Shown: positions 1-9,988, numbered from the stretch's first letter. The stretch: 27,848 bases of DNA from Nitrospinota bacterium (GCA_036231405.1 JAZAHK010000016.1:1-27848), one strand, 5' to 3'. Translations and numbers: made by a program. The notes: generated from the letters alone by a model not told the origin.

Positions 1-408
1 GCAGTTGTTTTATATGATGGGAGTTACCATGATGTGGACAGTTCGGAAATGGCTTTTAAAATTGCAGGTTCGCTTGGATTCAAGAAAGGTATGTTGGAAT
101 GCAAGCCAGTTTTATTAGAACCCATTATGAATATGGAAGTAGTGATTCCTGATGAATTTATGGGAGATATTATTGGTGATTTAAATTCTAGAAGGGGCAG
201 GGTGCTAGGTATGGATACAGGAAGTTCTGGGAAACAAGTAGTTAAGGCACAGGTCCCAATGGCAGAAGTTTTGAACTATGCACCCTCTTTACGGTCAATG
301 ACTGCAGATAGAGGTGACTTTACAATTGAATTTAGTAAATATGAAGAAGTGCCAGGACAAATAGCAGAGAAGGTTATAAGTGCCTCTGTTACCACCGAAG
401 AAGAATAA
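1..408 (+). CDS. fusA: Elongation factor G family GTPase, C-terminal part (5'-truncated by the window); probably a non-str-operon paralog
   Basis: Frame is open from base 1 ([20 protein letters not shown]). EF-G domain IV/V motifs [18 protein letters not shown] and LRSMT..RG.F..EF..YEEVP. Not followed by tuf. Confidence 0.92.
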   Translation, partial: AVVLYDGSYHDVDSSEMAFKIAGSLGFKKGMLECKPVLLEPIMNMEVVIPDEFMGDIIGDLNSRRGRVLGMDTGSSGKQVVKAQVPMAEVLNYAPSLRSMTADRGDFTIEFSKYEEVPGQIAEKVISASVTTEEE

Positions 409-443
409 ATTATTTGAAACTCTTACTGTAGAACGGTTATAAA

Positions 444-827
444 ATGCCTAGCAAACGTAAAGTAGTTCAAAAAATACCGGATAAATTGTTTTTTAAAATT
501 GGAGAAGTTTCTAAACTGGCTGGGACAAAACCACATGTCCTTCGTTATTGGGAGAAAGAATTTCGGGTATTAAAGCCAACTAAAAGTGATACTGGACAAA
601 GGGTATATAGAAAAAAAGATGTCGAACTAATAATGGAAATTAGAAGATTATTGTATGATGAAAATTTCACGATATCTGGCGCAAAAAAACAATTCAAAAG
701 AAAATATACAAAAGGGAAACAAGTTACAAAGGATATGGCAACTAACGCTGTCAAAGATGTATCAGATTTAGATATGGCATTACTGAGAAACGAACTTGAA
801 GAAATATTGAAACTATTAAAAGATTAA
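444..827 (+). CDS. MerR-family HTH transcriptional regulator
   Basis: [15 protein letters not shown]...[11 protein letters not shown]...GQRVYRKKD...[13 protein letters not shown] is the short MerR type usually found beside ihfA. Confidence 0.9.
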   Translation: MPSKRKVVQKIPDKLFFKIGEVSKLAGTKPHVLRYWEKEFRVLKPTKSDTGQRVYRKKDVELIMEIRRLLYDENFTISGAKKQFKRKYTKGKQVTKDMATNAVKDVSDLDMALLRNELEEILKLLKD

Positions 828-832
828 TTGCC

Positions 833-1486
833 ATGGCATTAAATCCTAAATCAAAATTAACGGAAAAAGATCCTTTCCAACTATTTATAATTAATTGCTT
901 GAATTTTTTGAAAAAGCATAAAAATTATTTTATTTTTTCTTTTATTGCAATTTTATTAATAGTTGCTGGTTCTGTCTTTTATATTAAAAGACAAGAAAAT
1001 TCTCTACGAATTGCCAGAAAGAATCTAATAGAAGCAAATGATAAAAAAGATAAAAAAAAATACGTGGAATCTGAAAAATTATACTTAAATATAATAAATT
1101 CAAATTATGATAAAAGAATCACACTTAGGTCGAAATTAGCTTTATCAAACCTTTATAAAATTCAAAAAAAATACACTAAATCTCTATCTCTTTTGAAATC
1201 TACATTACAAGATAAGGGAATTGTTCTTATTGAAAAAGAGTTGATAAATCGTTCCCTTGTTTCTGTTTACAGTAAGAAAACTGATTGTAATGAAATTTCT
1301 GATATTCTAGATAAAAATGAGTTTACAATATTAAAAAAGGACGATTTATATTTAGAGCTTGGTAGATGTTATGTCAAAAAAGGGGATAATAAAAAGTCTT
1401 TAGAAGTATACAAAAGACTTCTAGTTAAATATCCGAAGAGCCCATTTATAACTTCACGTATTAAAATACTTCAATCTAGTGAATAA
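833..1486 (+). CDS. Membrane-anchored tetratricopeptide-repeat protein (YfgM-like)
   Basis: N-terminal hydrophobic helix (YFIFSFIAILLIVAGSVFYI); TPR-like C-terminus LYLELGRCYVKKGDNKKSLEVYKRLLVKYPKSPF. Confidence 0.7.
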   Translation: MALNPKSKLTEKDPFQLFIINCLNFLKKHKNYFIFSFIAILLIVAGSVFYIKRQENSLRIARKNLIEANDKKDKKKYVESEKLYLNIINSNYDKRITLRSKLALSNLYKIQKKYTKSLSLLKSTLQDKGIVLIEKELINRSLVSVYSKKTDCNEISDILDKNEFTILKKDDLYLELGRCYVKKGDNKKSLEVYKRLLVKYPKSPFITSRIKILQSSE

Positions 1487-1521
1487 TTGAATCGATGATA
1501 ACATATATTATGTAAAATGCT

Positions 1522-2535
1522 TTAAATCCTTACATCAACCTCTTTCTTTATAGAATCCGAAGTTCCTTTAACGTCAGAAATAAATCCCATATCCTCAATC
1601 ATAGCATGTGCTTCTTTTGAAGCTTGTCCAGGTGTTGTTAAGTAACCTTCAACAAAAATAGAATTCGCCGGCAATAATGATAATGGTTGCAGACTTTTCA
1701 ACTGAATTTCTCGACCTCCTGCGATTCGTATCTCTGATTTTGGATTATAAAATCTCATAAGCGACAATAAAAAAAGACATTTAATTGGTGTTAATAGTGA
1801 CAAATTTTCTAGAGGTGTCCCAGGCATAGGATTTAAAAAATTTACCGGAATTGATTCAGGGCAAATTTTATTTAAATCTTCACACACATCAATAATATCA
1901 TCATTTCTTTCTCCCTGTCCAAAAATTACACCAGAACATAATTCAAGTCCATTAATTCTTGCACTCTTTAGTGTCTCTACCCTATCCTCGTATGTATGTG
2001 TAGAACATATTTTTTCATAATAATTTTTACCCGTATTTAAATTATGGTTTAATCTATCTACACCAGATTCTTTTAAAATAGAGGCTTTTCTTTCATCTAA
2101 CAAACCTAACGAACAGCATATAGAAAGACCGTATTTTTGCTTGATTTTTTTAACTGCAGATGAAATCCTTTTAATTTCATCATCATTGGGACCTCTTGCA
2201 CTAATAACGATACAATACCTTCTAGAACCAGCTTGGAAAGCTTCTTCTGCACCCTTTAATAAAGTTTCATCATCTACAAGCCCATATTTCTCAATTTTAG
2301 AGTCTGAAACAGAAGATTGCGAACAATAAGCACAATCTTCAGGGCAAATACCACTTTTTGCATTTATTAGATAATGAATTTGTACAAATTTTTTAAAATA
2401 TTTCTCTCTTATTTTGAAAGAAGCATTTAATATGTGCATCAATTCTGATGGGGGAGCTTCAATTATTGAATAAGCCTCTTCCCTACTCGGGACATGTCCT
2501 GCAAGTACTCTTTCCGCTAAATCATCATAATCCAT
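1522..2535 (-). CDS. bioB: Biotin synthase (radical SAM)
   Basis: CPEDCAYCSQS (CxxxCxxC), NHNLNT, [2Fe-2S] ligand motifs RYCIV, ICCSLG, ELCSG and IRIAGGRE, and ANSIF...YLTT. Confidence 0.96.
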   Translation of the reverse strand: MDYDDLAERVLAGHVPSREEAYSIIEAPPSELMHILNASFKIREKYFKKFVQIHYLINAKSGICPEDCAYCSQSSVSDSKIEKYGLVDDETLLKGAEEAFQAGSRRYCIVISARGPNDDEIKRISSAVKKIKQKYGLSICCSLGLLDERKASILKESGVDRLNHNLNTGKNYYEKICSTHTYEDRVETLKSARINGLELCSGVIFGQGERNDDIIDVCEDLNKICPESIPVNFLNPMPGTPLENLSLLTPIKCLFLLSLMRFYNPKSEIRIAGGREIQLKSLQPLSLLPANSIFVEGYLTTPGQASKEAHAMIEDMGFISDVKGTSDSIKKEVDVRI

Positions 2536-2615
2536 CTCTGTTCTTTCTTAATAAGGAATTAAAAACAGTCAGTCTATTTTAGATAATAGATACAGGCGAT
2601 ACAATGTCCATAAAA

Positions 2616-2631
2616 TAAATATGCATATTTA
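2616..2631. promoter_or_regulatory. 16-bp perfect palindrome TAAATATGCATATTTA, candidate operator in the divergent bioB/oxidoreductase spacer
   Basis: Self-complementary and ends 30 nt before the ATG at 2661. The AT-rich context lowers significance. Confidence 0.35.
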
Positions 2632-2660
2632 ATTTTTTTCTACATGCAAGACATGGACTT

Positions 2661-5537
2661 ATGGAATTAACAAATACTATACAAGAAGAACTGGAAGCCT
2701 CCTTTGAAGGAGAGTTACGCTTTGATGAATTCTCTAAGAAAATTTACAGTACCGATGCAAGTATGTATGAAATTGAACCTATTGGTATTCTCCTGCCCAA
2801 AACGAACAGGGATGTTCAGAACTGTATTGAAGTGGCAAAAATTCACAACCTCTCCATTCTTCCTCGAGGAGGCGGAACGAGTTTAGCTGGTCAAACTGTA
2901 GGCAAGTCACTTATTCTTGATTTTTCTAAATACATGAATCAGATTCTCGATATTAATACAGAAGAGTCGTGGGCGATAATTCAACCTGGAGTTGTACAAG
3001 ATCATTTTAACGACTATTTAAGCCCATTTGGTTTTACCTTTGGTCCAAATACTTCCACTAGCAGCAGAGCAACTCTTGGTGGAATGATAGGAAATAATTC
3101 TTCAGGCTCACGTTCAATCGTATACGGTAAGACTATCGATCATGTGATAGAACTTAAAGGGTATTACGCGAATGGAGATCCTTTTTTCTTTGAACCTCTT
3201 AACGAAGAAAAGCTAGAAAATCTTATAAAAGAAAACTCTTACAACGCAGTTGTACACAAGAAAATCAAGGAGATTGTCGATCTAAATAGACAGGAAATCA
3301 TAGATAGATACCCAAAAATCATGAGAAGAGTGTCTGGTTATAATCTAGATGAATTTGTCGACAACACAAAACCCTTCAATTTATCAAAATTATTAGTAGG
3401 TTCTGAAGGCACATTGGCAGTTACTACGGAAGCAAAAGTTAATATAAATAAAAAACCCAATTCTCTAGGGGTTCTAGTTGTGCACTTTAAAACCATAGAG
3501 GAAGCACTTGATGCTAGTACTACCATTATTGAACACGACGTGGCTGCAATAGAAATCATTGATAAAGCAATTATTGAATTGGCCAAAGAAAATTTGGAAG
3601 CACAAAGGTATATGCAAAGTTTTATGCGAGGAGACCCAGACGCTTTTCTTACGATAGAATTTTTTGGCGAAACAAAGGATGAAGCAAACAGTAAAGTAGA
3701 AAACTTAGCTGCCGAGTTGGAACATAAAAAAATTGGCTACTCAATAGTCCCATTAACTGAAGAAAGTGATAAGCAAGATTGTTTGAACATGAGAAAAGCA
3801 GGATTAGGATTTTTACTTGCCAGAAAGGGAGATTTAAAGCCAGCAGCTTTTGTTGAAGATTGTGCCGTTGATCCTACTCACCTTCTCTCTTACTACAAAA
3901 GATTTGAATCGATTATGAAAAAATATGACACAACTACTTCTTATTACGGCCATACAAGTGTTGGATTAATGCATTTGCGCCCCTTAATAAACACAAAAAC
4001 TAGAGATGATATAAGAAAGATGTCATCAATAGCGGAAGAAGTCTCAGATTTAGTATTAGAATTTGGTGGATCTATGAGCGGTGAACATGGTGATGGACTA
4101 GCAAGAAGTCAATGGATCCCTAAATTTTTTGGCGAAAAGCTGTATCAATCATTTTGCGAAATAAAAGATACCTTTGACCCTCAAAATATCATGAATCCAG
4201 GAAAGATTGTTAGAGCTCCTAATTTTACAAGTAATTTGCGGTATGGAGATAAATATGTAACTCCAGAGATAGAAACAATTATGGATTTTTCCTCTGATGG
4301 CGGATTTTTACGTGCTATAGAGATGTGCAATGGCGTTGGTGCCTGCAGGAAAAGAGATGGAACTATGTGCCCATCCTATCAGGCCACTTTAGAAGAAGAA
4401 CATTCTACAAGAGGAAGAGCAAATGCTTTGAGGAAAGCGATATCTGAAGGCATAAACAATGAAGATTTTACTAGCAAAAGATTGCATGATGTTTTAGACC
4501 TCTGTCTTCAATGCAAAGGGTGTAAAGCAGAATGTCCATCAAGTGTGGATATGGCAAAAATCAAAGCTGAATTTCTACAAAAATATTACGATAAAAACGG
4601 ACTCCCATTTCGAACTAAACTTATGGGCCATATTGCATCTATTAATAAGTTGAGTTCGCCCTTCTCCACTATAGTCAATTGGACACTATCCAATACTTTA
4701 TTCAGAAAATTAATGGAGAGATTTTTACAAATTGACAAGAGGCGTAATTTCCCAAAACTTCAAAGGGAAACTTTTGAAAAGTGGTTCGAAATGAATTCTC
4801 AGAAGAATCAAAGTATAGATAAGAAAGTTTTACTGCTAAACGATACTTTTACAAATTACAATTATCCAGAAATTGGGAAAGCGGCTGTCCGTGTTTTAGA
4901 AAAGTGCGGATACGAAGTCATTCTCTCAAAGATGCGTTGTTGCGGTCGCCCTTTGATTTCTCATGGAATGTTGGAAGAAGGGAAACAGTTAGCTTTAGAG
5001 AACCTCGAATACTTACACTCCTACACAAAAGATAATATCCCAGTGGTAGGATTGGAACCAAGTTGTCTGTCAACATTAACTGATGAGTACAAAGATCTGT
5101 TCCCTGGGGATATTTCTAACTCCGTAGCTAGCAATTCTTATATGTTTGAAGAGTTCATTGAACAAATTCATGAAAATGGAAATATAGAATTAAAATTTGA
5201 AGAAGTGAATAAGGATGTGCATTTCCATGCCCACTGTCATCAGAAGTCGCTTTCTGGTACCTCCTCTACTCTAAATGTTTTGAAGATGATACCCGGATTA
5301 AAAATACATACAATACCTTCGGGGTGTTGTGGAATGGCTGGTTCTTTTGGATATGAAAAAGAACATTATGATATTTCGATGTCGATAGGAGAACTTGTAC
5401 TCTTCCCATACCTAAAAAAAATAGATAAAAATTCAATTATTGTTGCTAATGGTGTTTCGTGCAGGCAACAAATTTCAAAAGGTACCAATAAAACTTCGAA
5501 ACATATAGCAGAAGTTTTAGCAGAAGCTATGAATTAA
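2661..5537 (+). CDS. FAD-binding and Fe-S-binding oxidoreductase (GlcD/GlcF fusion; YdiJ / D-2-hydroxyacid dehydrogenase-like)
   Basis: PRGGGTSLAGQ FAD loop, GEHGDG, ferredoxin-like CNGVGAC...MCPSY and CLQCKGCKAECP, two CCG domains (CCGRP, CCGMAGSFG). Confidence 0.92.
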   Translation: MELTNTIQEELEASFEGELRFDEFSKKIYSTDASMYEIEPIGILLPKTNRDVQNCIEVAKIHNLSILPRGGGTSLAGQTVGKSLILDFSKYMNQILDINTEESWAIIQPGVVQDHFNDYLSPFGFTFGPNTSTSSRATLGGMIGNNSSGSRSIVYGKTIDHVIELKGYYANGDPFFFEPLNEEKLENLIKENSYNAVVHKKIKEIVDLNRQEIIDRYPKIMRRVSGYNLDEFVDNTKPFNLSKLLVGSEGTLAVTTEAKVNINKKPNSLGVLVVHFKTIEEALDASTTIIEHDVAAIEIIDKAIIELAKENLEAQRYMQSFMRGDPDAFLTIEFFGETKDEANSKVENLAAELEHKKIGYSIVPLTEESDKQDCLNMRKAGLGFLLARKGDLKPAAFVEDCAVDPTHLLSYYKRFESIMKKYDTTTSYYGHTSVGLMHLRPLINTKTRDDIRKMSSIAEEVSDLVLEFGGSMSGEHGDGLARSQWIPKFFGEKLYQSFCEIKDTFDPQNIMNPGKIVRAPNFTSNLRYGDKYVTPEIETIMDFSSDGGFLRAIEMCNGVGACRKRDGTMCPSYQATLEEEHSTRGRANALRKAISEGINNEDFTSKRLHDVLDLCLQCKGCKAECPSSVDMAKIKAEFLQKYYDKNGLPFRTKLMGHIASINKLSSPFSTIVNWTLSNTLFRKLMERFLQIDKRRNFPKLQRETFEKWFEMNSQKNQSIDKKVLLLNDTFTNYNYPEIGKAAVRVLEKCGYEVILSKMRCCGRPLISHGMLEEGKQLALENLEYLHSYTKDNIPVVGLEPSCLSTLTDEYKDLFPGDISNSVASNSYMFEEFIEQIHENGNIELKFEEVNKDVHFHAHCHQKSLSGTSSTLNVLKMIPGLKIHTIPSGCCGMAGSFGYEKEHYDISMSIGELVLFPYLKKIDKNSIIVANGVSCRQQISKGTNKTSKHIAEVLAEAMN

Positions 5538-5566
5538 TAAGTTAAATTGAAATATTAATTATGTTA

Positions 5567-5584
5567 TTTAATCAATTGATTAAA
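5567..5584. promoter_or_regulatory. 18-bp perfect palindrome TTTAATCAATTGATTAAA, candidate operator upstream of the M24-CocE-LLM genes
   Basis: Perfect dyad just upstream of the AGGAG RBS of the 5604 gene; the 12-bp core recurs at 17881-17892. Confidence 0.5.
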
Positions 5585-5603
5585 AATAATATAGGAGTAT
5601 TCA

Positions 5604-6788
5604 ATGGATAATGGATATCCTCAATTTAGTGACACAGAATTTAACAGAAGATATGAAACTACAAGAAAAATGATGGATGAAATAGGAGTAGATATTCTAC
5701 TTTTTTTTGCCCTTGGTGGAAATAACCGTAATAACATGGCAAATATCTATTATCTTACTGGTTATAGAGATTTTAATCACGCTTACTTGATATTCCCAAA
5801 AGAAGGAGATCCGTCTCTCTTTGTAGGACTTTATAATCACCTTCACAATGCACAAAGCCAAGCTGTAATCAAGGATGTACGTCACGGTGGATATGGAAAT
5901 CCTGTAAATATGGCAGATCAACTCGATAAAATTGGTGGAGGTAATAAGTCTATTGGCTTCATAGGAGTAAATCCAAGATTTGGAATAAATCTCCCTTACG
6001 ATCATACAGTTTACTTAGAAGAAAGATTCCCTGAAGCTAAATGGAAAAATGTCTCTACAGAATTCAGAAATATAAGACTTATTAAAAGCAATGAAGAATT
6101 GGAATGGCTGCAAGAGGGCTGTAGACTCACTGATCTTTCCATGGAAGCCGTACAAGAATATGCAAGACCCGGAATAACTGAAGCAGAACTATCGGCCAGA
6201 ATGGGAATAGAATACAAAGTTCAAGGCGGAGAACAATTGGTGCATTTTGTAACGGCTACTCCTATGGATAATCCACATACCCCGTTGCCTTGGCAGAATC
6301 CAACTAACAGAAAATTAGAAGTTGGAGATGTCTTGCTGACTGAAATCAGTGCTGCATTTCATGGATATGCAGGCCAAATTCTAAGACCATTCACAATAGG
6401 GGCTGTTCCTACACAATCGTATTCCACACTTTTCGATGCATCTATTGAAGTATATGAAGCTGTTGCAAATGTGATGAAAGATGGTGCTGAAATAGGAGAA
6501 ATTATGGATGCAACAGACATTCTTCCAGATAAAGGATACCAGATATACGATTCCTTAGCTCACGGTTTTGGTGTTGATCTCCTTCAACCTTCAGTCGGAA
6601 TTAGAGGATCCAATTATGCGAAACCACCAGAGGATTTTATATACAAAGAAAATATGACCATGGTAATACAGCCGAACCCAATGGACGAAGAAGGTCATGG
6701 ATTACAAACTGGAGATTTTGGCGTTGTTACAAAAGAAGGTTTTAAGTCAATGCACGAATTCCCCAGAGAATTTTTTCGATGTGGTTAA
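5604..6788 (+). CDS. M24 / creatinase-like pita-bread-fold hydrolase with divergent active site
   Basis: FSDTEFNRR N-terminus, NIYYLTGY, RLIKSNEEL, RPGITEAEL, RKLEVGD, HGFG; RBS AGGAG. Confidence 0.85.
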   Translation: MDNGYPQFSDTEFNRRYETTRKMMDEIGVDILLFFALGGNNRNNMANIYYLTGYRDFNHAYLIFPKEGDPSLFVGLYNHLHNAQSQAVIKDVRHGGYGNPVNMADQLDKIGGGNKSIGFIGVNPRFGINLPYDHTVYLEERFPEAKWKNVSTEFRNIRLIKSNEELEWLQEGCRLTDLSMEAVQEYARPGITEAELSARMGIEYKVQGGEQLVHFVTATPMDNPHTPLPWQNPTNRKLEVGDVLLTEISAAFHGYAGQILRPFTIGAVPTQSYSTLFDASIEVYEAVANVMKDGAEIGEIMDATDILPDKGYQIYDSLAHGFGVDLLQPSVGIRGSNYAKPPEDFIYKENMTMVIQPNPMDEEGHGLQTGDFGVVTKEGFKSMHEFPREFFRCG

Positions 6789-6832
6789 TGATAAACACTA
6801 TTTAGTTAACACTTTAACGAGGGGATAATCTT

Positions 6833-8575
6833 ATGAACAAATTCAAAACTGACATCAAAGACGGTATGCGAATTGACTGGGATGTTCCCGTTACCATGGA
6901 TGATGGAGTCATTTTACGCTGCGATATATATAGACCAGTTGAAGAAGGAAAATACCCTGCCCTTTTGTCATACGGTCCTTACGGCAAATACTTACACTTT
7001 GAAGATGGATACGAAACTGCCTGGAAAAGAATGGTAGAACTTCATCCTGATGTGCCTGCTGGTTCAAGTAATAAATATCAAAGCTGGGAAGTGGTAGATC
7101 CTGAAAAATGGGTTTCAGATGGTTACGTAGTAGTTCGTTTTGATTCTAGAGGTTCAGGCAGATCTCCTGGTTATATTGATCATTTTTCTGCCAGGGAAAC
7201 AAAAGACTTTTATGACTGTATAGAATGGTCTGCTATACAGCCTTGGTGTAATGGCAAAATAGGACTTACTGGCATTTCTTATTATGCAATGAATCAGTGG
7301 CAGGTTTCTGCGTTACATCCACCTCATTTGGCTGCAATATGCATTTGGGAAGGTGCGGCAGATTATTACCGTGACATGGGTCATCATGGCGGTATCCACA
7401 CGACATTTCTAGCAAACTGGTACGATATGCAATCTAAAACAGTTCAACATGGAGTTGGAACAAAAGGCTACCGAAGCAGAATGAACGGTGAATTGGTAGC
7501 AGGTCCTTTGACTTTATCAGAAGAAGAATTAGCAGCAAATAGATCTGATTATGGTGAAGATATTAGGACTAGTAAACTTTCAACGGATGATTATTGGGAA
7601 CAACGAATACCAGATTGGTCAAAAATAGAGGTTCCACTACTCTCTTCTGCAAACTGGGGAGGACAGGGTCTTCATCCAAGAGGAAATTTCGAGGGATATA
7701 TTAATGCGGCTTCAAAAGAAAAATGGATAGAGGTACATGGTATAGAGCACTGGACGGAATTTTATACTGATTACGGTGTGAATTTACAAAAAAAATTCTT
7801 TGGACATTATCTCAAAGGGGAAGATACTGGATGGAAAAATCAGCCAAATGTTCTATTGCAAATTCGACATCCAGGAGAAAAATTTGTTGAAAGAGAAGAA
7901 AACGAATGGCCACTAGCGAGAACAAATTGGACAAAATTTTATTTGGATCCAGTTGAGCATGCACTATCTGAAGAAGAAAATAATTCTAACAAAAAAATAA
8001 CGTACGCTGGATTCAGTGACGGGGCAACTTTTGTAACACCTCCCCTTGAAAAAGAAACAGAGATTACCGGACCGTCTGCTGCAAAACTATTCATTTCCTC
8101 TGAAACAGAAGATGCAGATCTCTTCTTGGTCTTAAGAGTTTTCACAGAGGATTTTAAAGAAGTTGTATTCCAGGGGGCATTAGATCCTCATACCCCCATT
8201 GCCCAAGGATGGCTTAGGGCATCACACAGAAAACTAGACCCAGAACTAAGTTTGCCTTATCGCCCGTACCACGCACACGACGAAATTCAACCCTTAACTC
8301 CTAATGAAATTTATGAACTCGATGTTGAGATATGGCCAACTTGCATAGTCGTGCCGAAAGGATATCGCATTGCATTATCCGTAAGGGGCAAGGACTATAT
8401 CTATCCAGGCGGGGCAGATAGTGGCCTTTCAAATATGAAAAATGTATTTACAGGATGCGGTCCTTTTCTACATAACGATCCTAGGGATAGGCCTGCAAAT
8501 ATTTTTGGGGGGAATGTTACTCTTCATTTTGACGAGGGAAAAAGACCTTACGTTTTACTACCAATCATCCCATAA
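6833..8575 (+). CDS. CocE/NonD family serine hydrolase (peptidase S15-like), copy 1
   Basis: MDDGVILRCDIYRP, YGPYGK, DSRGSGRSPG, nucleophile elbow GISYYA, C-terminal PepX-like domain (EITGP, GWLRASHR). Confidence 0.93.
   Translation: MNKFKTDIKDGMRIDWDVPVTMDDGVILRCDIYRPVEEGKYPALLSYGPYGKYLHFEDGYETAWKRMVELHPDVPAGSSNKYQSWEVVDPEKWVSDGYVVVRFDSRGSGRSPGYIDHFSARETKDFYDCIEWSAIQPWCNGKIGLTGISYYAMNQWQVSALHPPHLAAICIWEGAADYYRDMGHHGGIHTTFLANWYDMQSKTVQHGVGTKGYRSRMNGELVAGPLTLSEEELAANRSDYGEDIRTSKLSTDDYWEQRIPDWSKIEVPLLSSANWGGQGLHPRGNFEGYINAASKEKWIEVHGIEHWTEFYTDYGVNLQKKFFGHYLKGEDTGWKNQPNVLLQIRHPGEKFVEREENEWPLARTNWTKFYLDPVEHALSEEENNSNKKITYAGFSDGATFVTPPLEKETEITGPSAAKLFISSETEDADLFLVLRVFTEDFKEVVFQGALDPHTPIAQGWLRASHRKLDPELSLPYRPYHAHDEIQPLTPNEIYELDVEIWPTCIVVPKGYRIALSVRGKDYIYPGGADSGLSNMKNVFTGCGPFLHNDPRDRPANIFGGNVTLHFDEGKRPYVLLPIIP
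7883..7926. repeat. 44-bp exact inverted repeat with 18529-18572 (tract shared by the two CocE paralogs)
   Basis: TTTGTTGAAAGAGAAGAAAACGAATGGCCACTAGCGAGAACAAA here; its exact reverse complement lies at 18529-18572. Confidence 0.9.
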
Positions 8576-8662
8576 TTATTAACTTATATTCTTTAGTTCT
8601 TTAAGTTCAACTTTCAGGATAACCACAATGAGTAAGACTGATAGCTGAAATGGAAACTAGAT

Positions 8663-9985
8663 ATGAAACGTCAATTACATATCAATCTATTTATCAGTAG
8701 CCGTGGGCATCACGAGGCTTCTTGGCGACATCCTGAAACCTCAAACCTGGCACTCACGGATATACGTTACTATCAAAAAGTTGCCCAGAGAGCAGAAGAT
8801 GGACTTTTCGATTCTATATTTCTTGGGGACCATCTCGCAATACGTGACGACGTTGATCCTGTTGCAAGGGGTTGGTTAGAACCTATTACTGCCCTAGCAG
8901 CGCTTGCAGTTTCGACGAACAAGATTGGAATGATCGCGACGGCTTCGACTACCTACACAGAACCTTTCAATCTGGCACGTCAGTATGCATCTTTAGATCA
9001 TATAAGCAACGGTCGTGTAGGATGGAACATTGTTACTACTTGGTCGGTGCCAGCAGCTAAAAATTATGGAGACGCTGATCAAGTCAGTCATACTGAACGC
9101 TATGCACGTGCTGAAGAATTTATGCATATTGTAAAGGGTCTTTGGGATAGTTGGGCAGACGATGCAATTATAGACAATCGTGAGAGCGGCCGATACGGAG
9201 TTGTCGACCGTATTCGTTCGATAAATCATAGGGGTCTTTATTATAATGTTTCTGGTCCATTAGTAATACCTAGAGGCCCACAGGGCTGGCCCGTACTTGT
9301 ACAAGCCGGATCTTCTGTCACTGGACGTAAATTTGCTGCTACTCATGCAGAAGCGGTGTTTACTGCGCAAATGGACAAATCGGAAGCACAGAGATTTTAC
9401 TGTGACCTAAAATCTCTGATTAGGGCGAAGGGTCGTGATGAGAAAAAAGTACTTATTTTACCAGGTTTCAGCCCTGTTATTGGATCAACTGAGTCTGAGG
9501 CTCATCGCTTGGCCAAGGAATTGACAGATCTTTCCGATCCTGAACTCTCTCTAGAACGATTGTCTGGACGGTTTGGAGGATTTGATTTTTCCCATCTGTC
9601 TTTGGACAAGCCACTTTTGCCAGAAGATTTTCCAGACCCCTCTACTGTTCAGGCTGCCCGTAGTCGTGCTGAGGTCATACTAAGTGTCGTCCGCAGAGAA
9701 AAACCCACGCTACGGCAATTGTTATCGAAACTCGCAGCTGCTCAAGGACACTTTACCTTCGCTGGCACCCCAGAGCAGATCGCTGACCTGATCGAAGACT
9801 GGTTCACAGATGGTGTGGCAGATGGCATCAATCTTATGCCATCTCTTGTACCCAAAGTTCTGGACATATTTATCGATGAAGTTGTTCCGCTTCTCCAACA
9901 AAGAGCGCTTTTCCGCACTGCCTACGAAGGAAAAACATTGCGGTCTCATTACGGCCTTGAACGGCCACCCGACAATTTTAAATAA
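8663..9985 (+). CDS. LLM-class flavin-dependent monooxygenase (NtaA/DmoA/SnaA/DszA family)
   Basis: AEDGLFDSIFLGD, TASTTYTEPFNLARQYASLDHISNGRVGWNIVT, PQGWPVLVQAGSS, LFRTAYEGKTLR. Confidence 0.95.
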   Translation: MKRQLHINLFISSRGHHEASWRHPETSNLALTDIRYYQKVAQRAEDGLFDSIFLGDHLAIRDDVDPVARGWLEPITALAALAVSTNKIGMIATASTTYTEPFNLARQYASLDHISNGRVGWNIVTTWSVPAAKNYGDADQVSHTERYARAEEFMHIVKGLWDSWADDAIIDNRESGRYGVVDRIRSINHRGLYYNVSGPLVIPRGPQGWPVLVQAGSSVTGRKFAATHAEAVFTAQMDKSEAQRFYCDLKSLIRAKGRDEKKVLILPGFSPVIGSTESEAHRLAKELTDLSDPELSLERLSGRFGGFDFSHLSLDKPLLPEDFPDPSTVQAARSRAEVILSVVRREKPTLRQLLSKLAAAQGHFTFAGTPEQIADLIEDWFTDGVADGINLMPSLVPKVLDIFIDEVVPLLQQRALFRTAYEGKTLRSHYGLERPPDNFK

Positions 9986-9988
9986 ATT

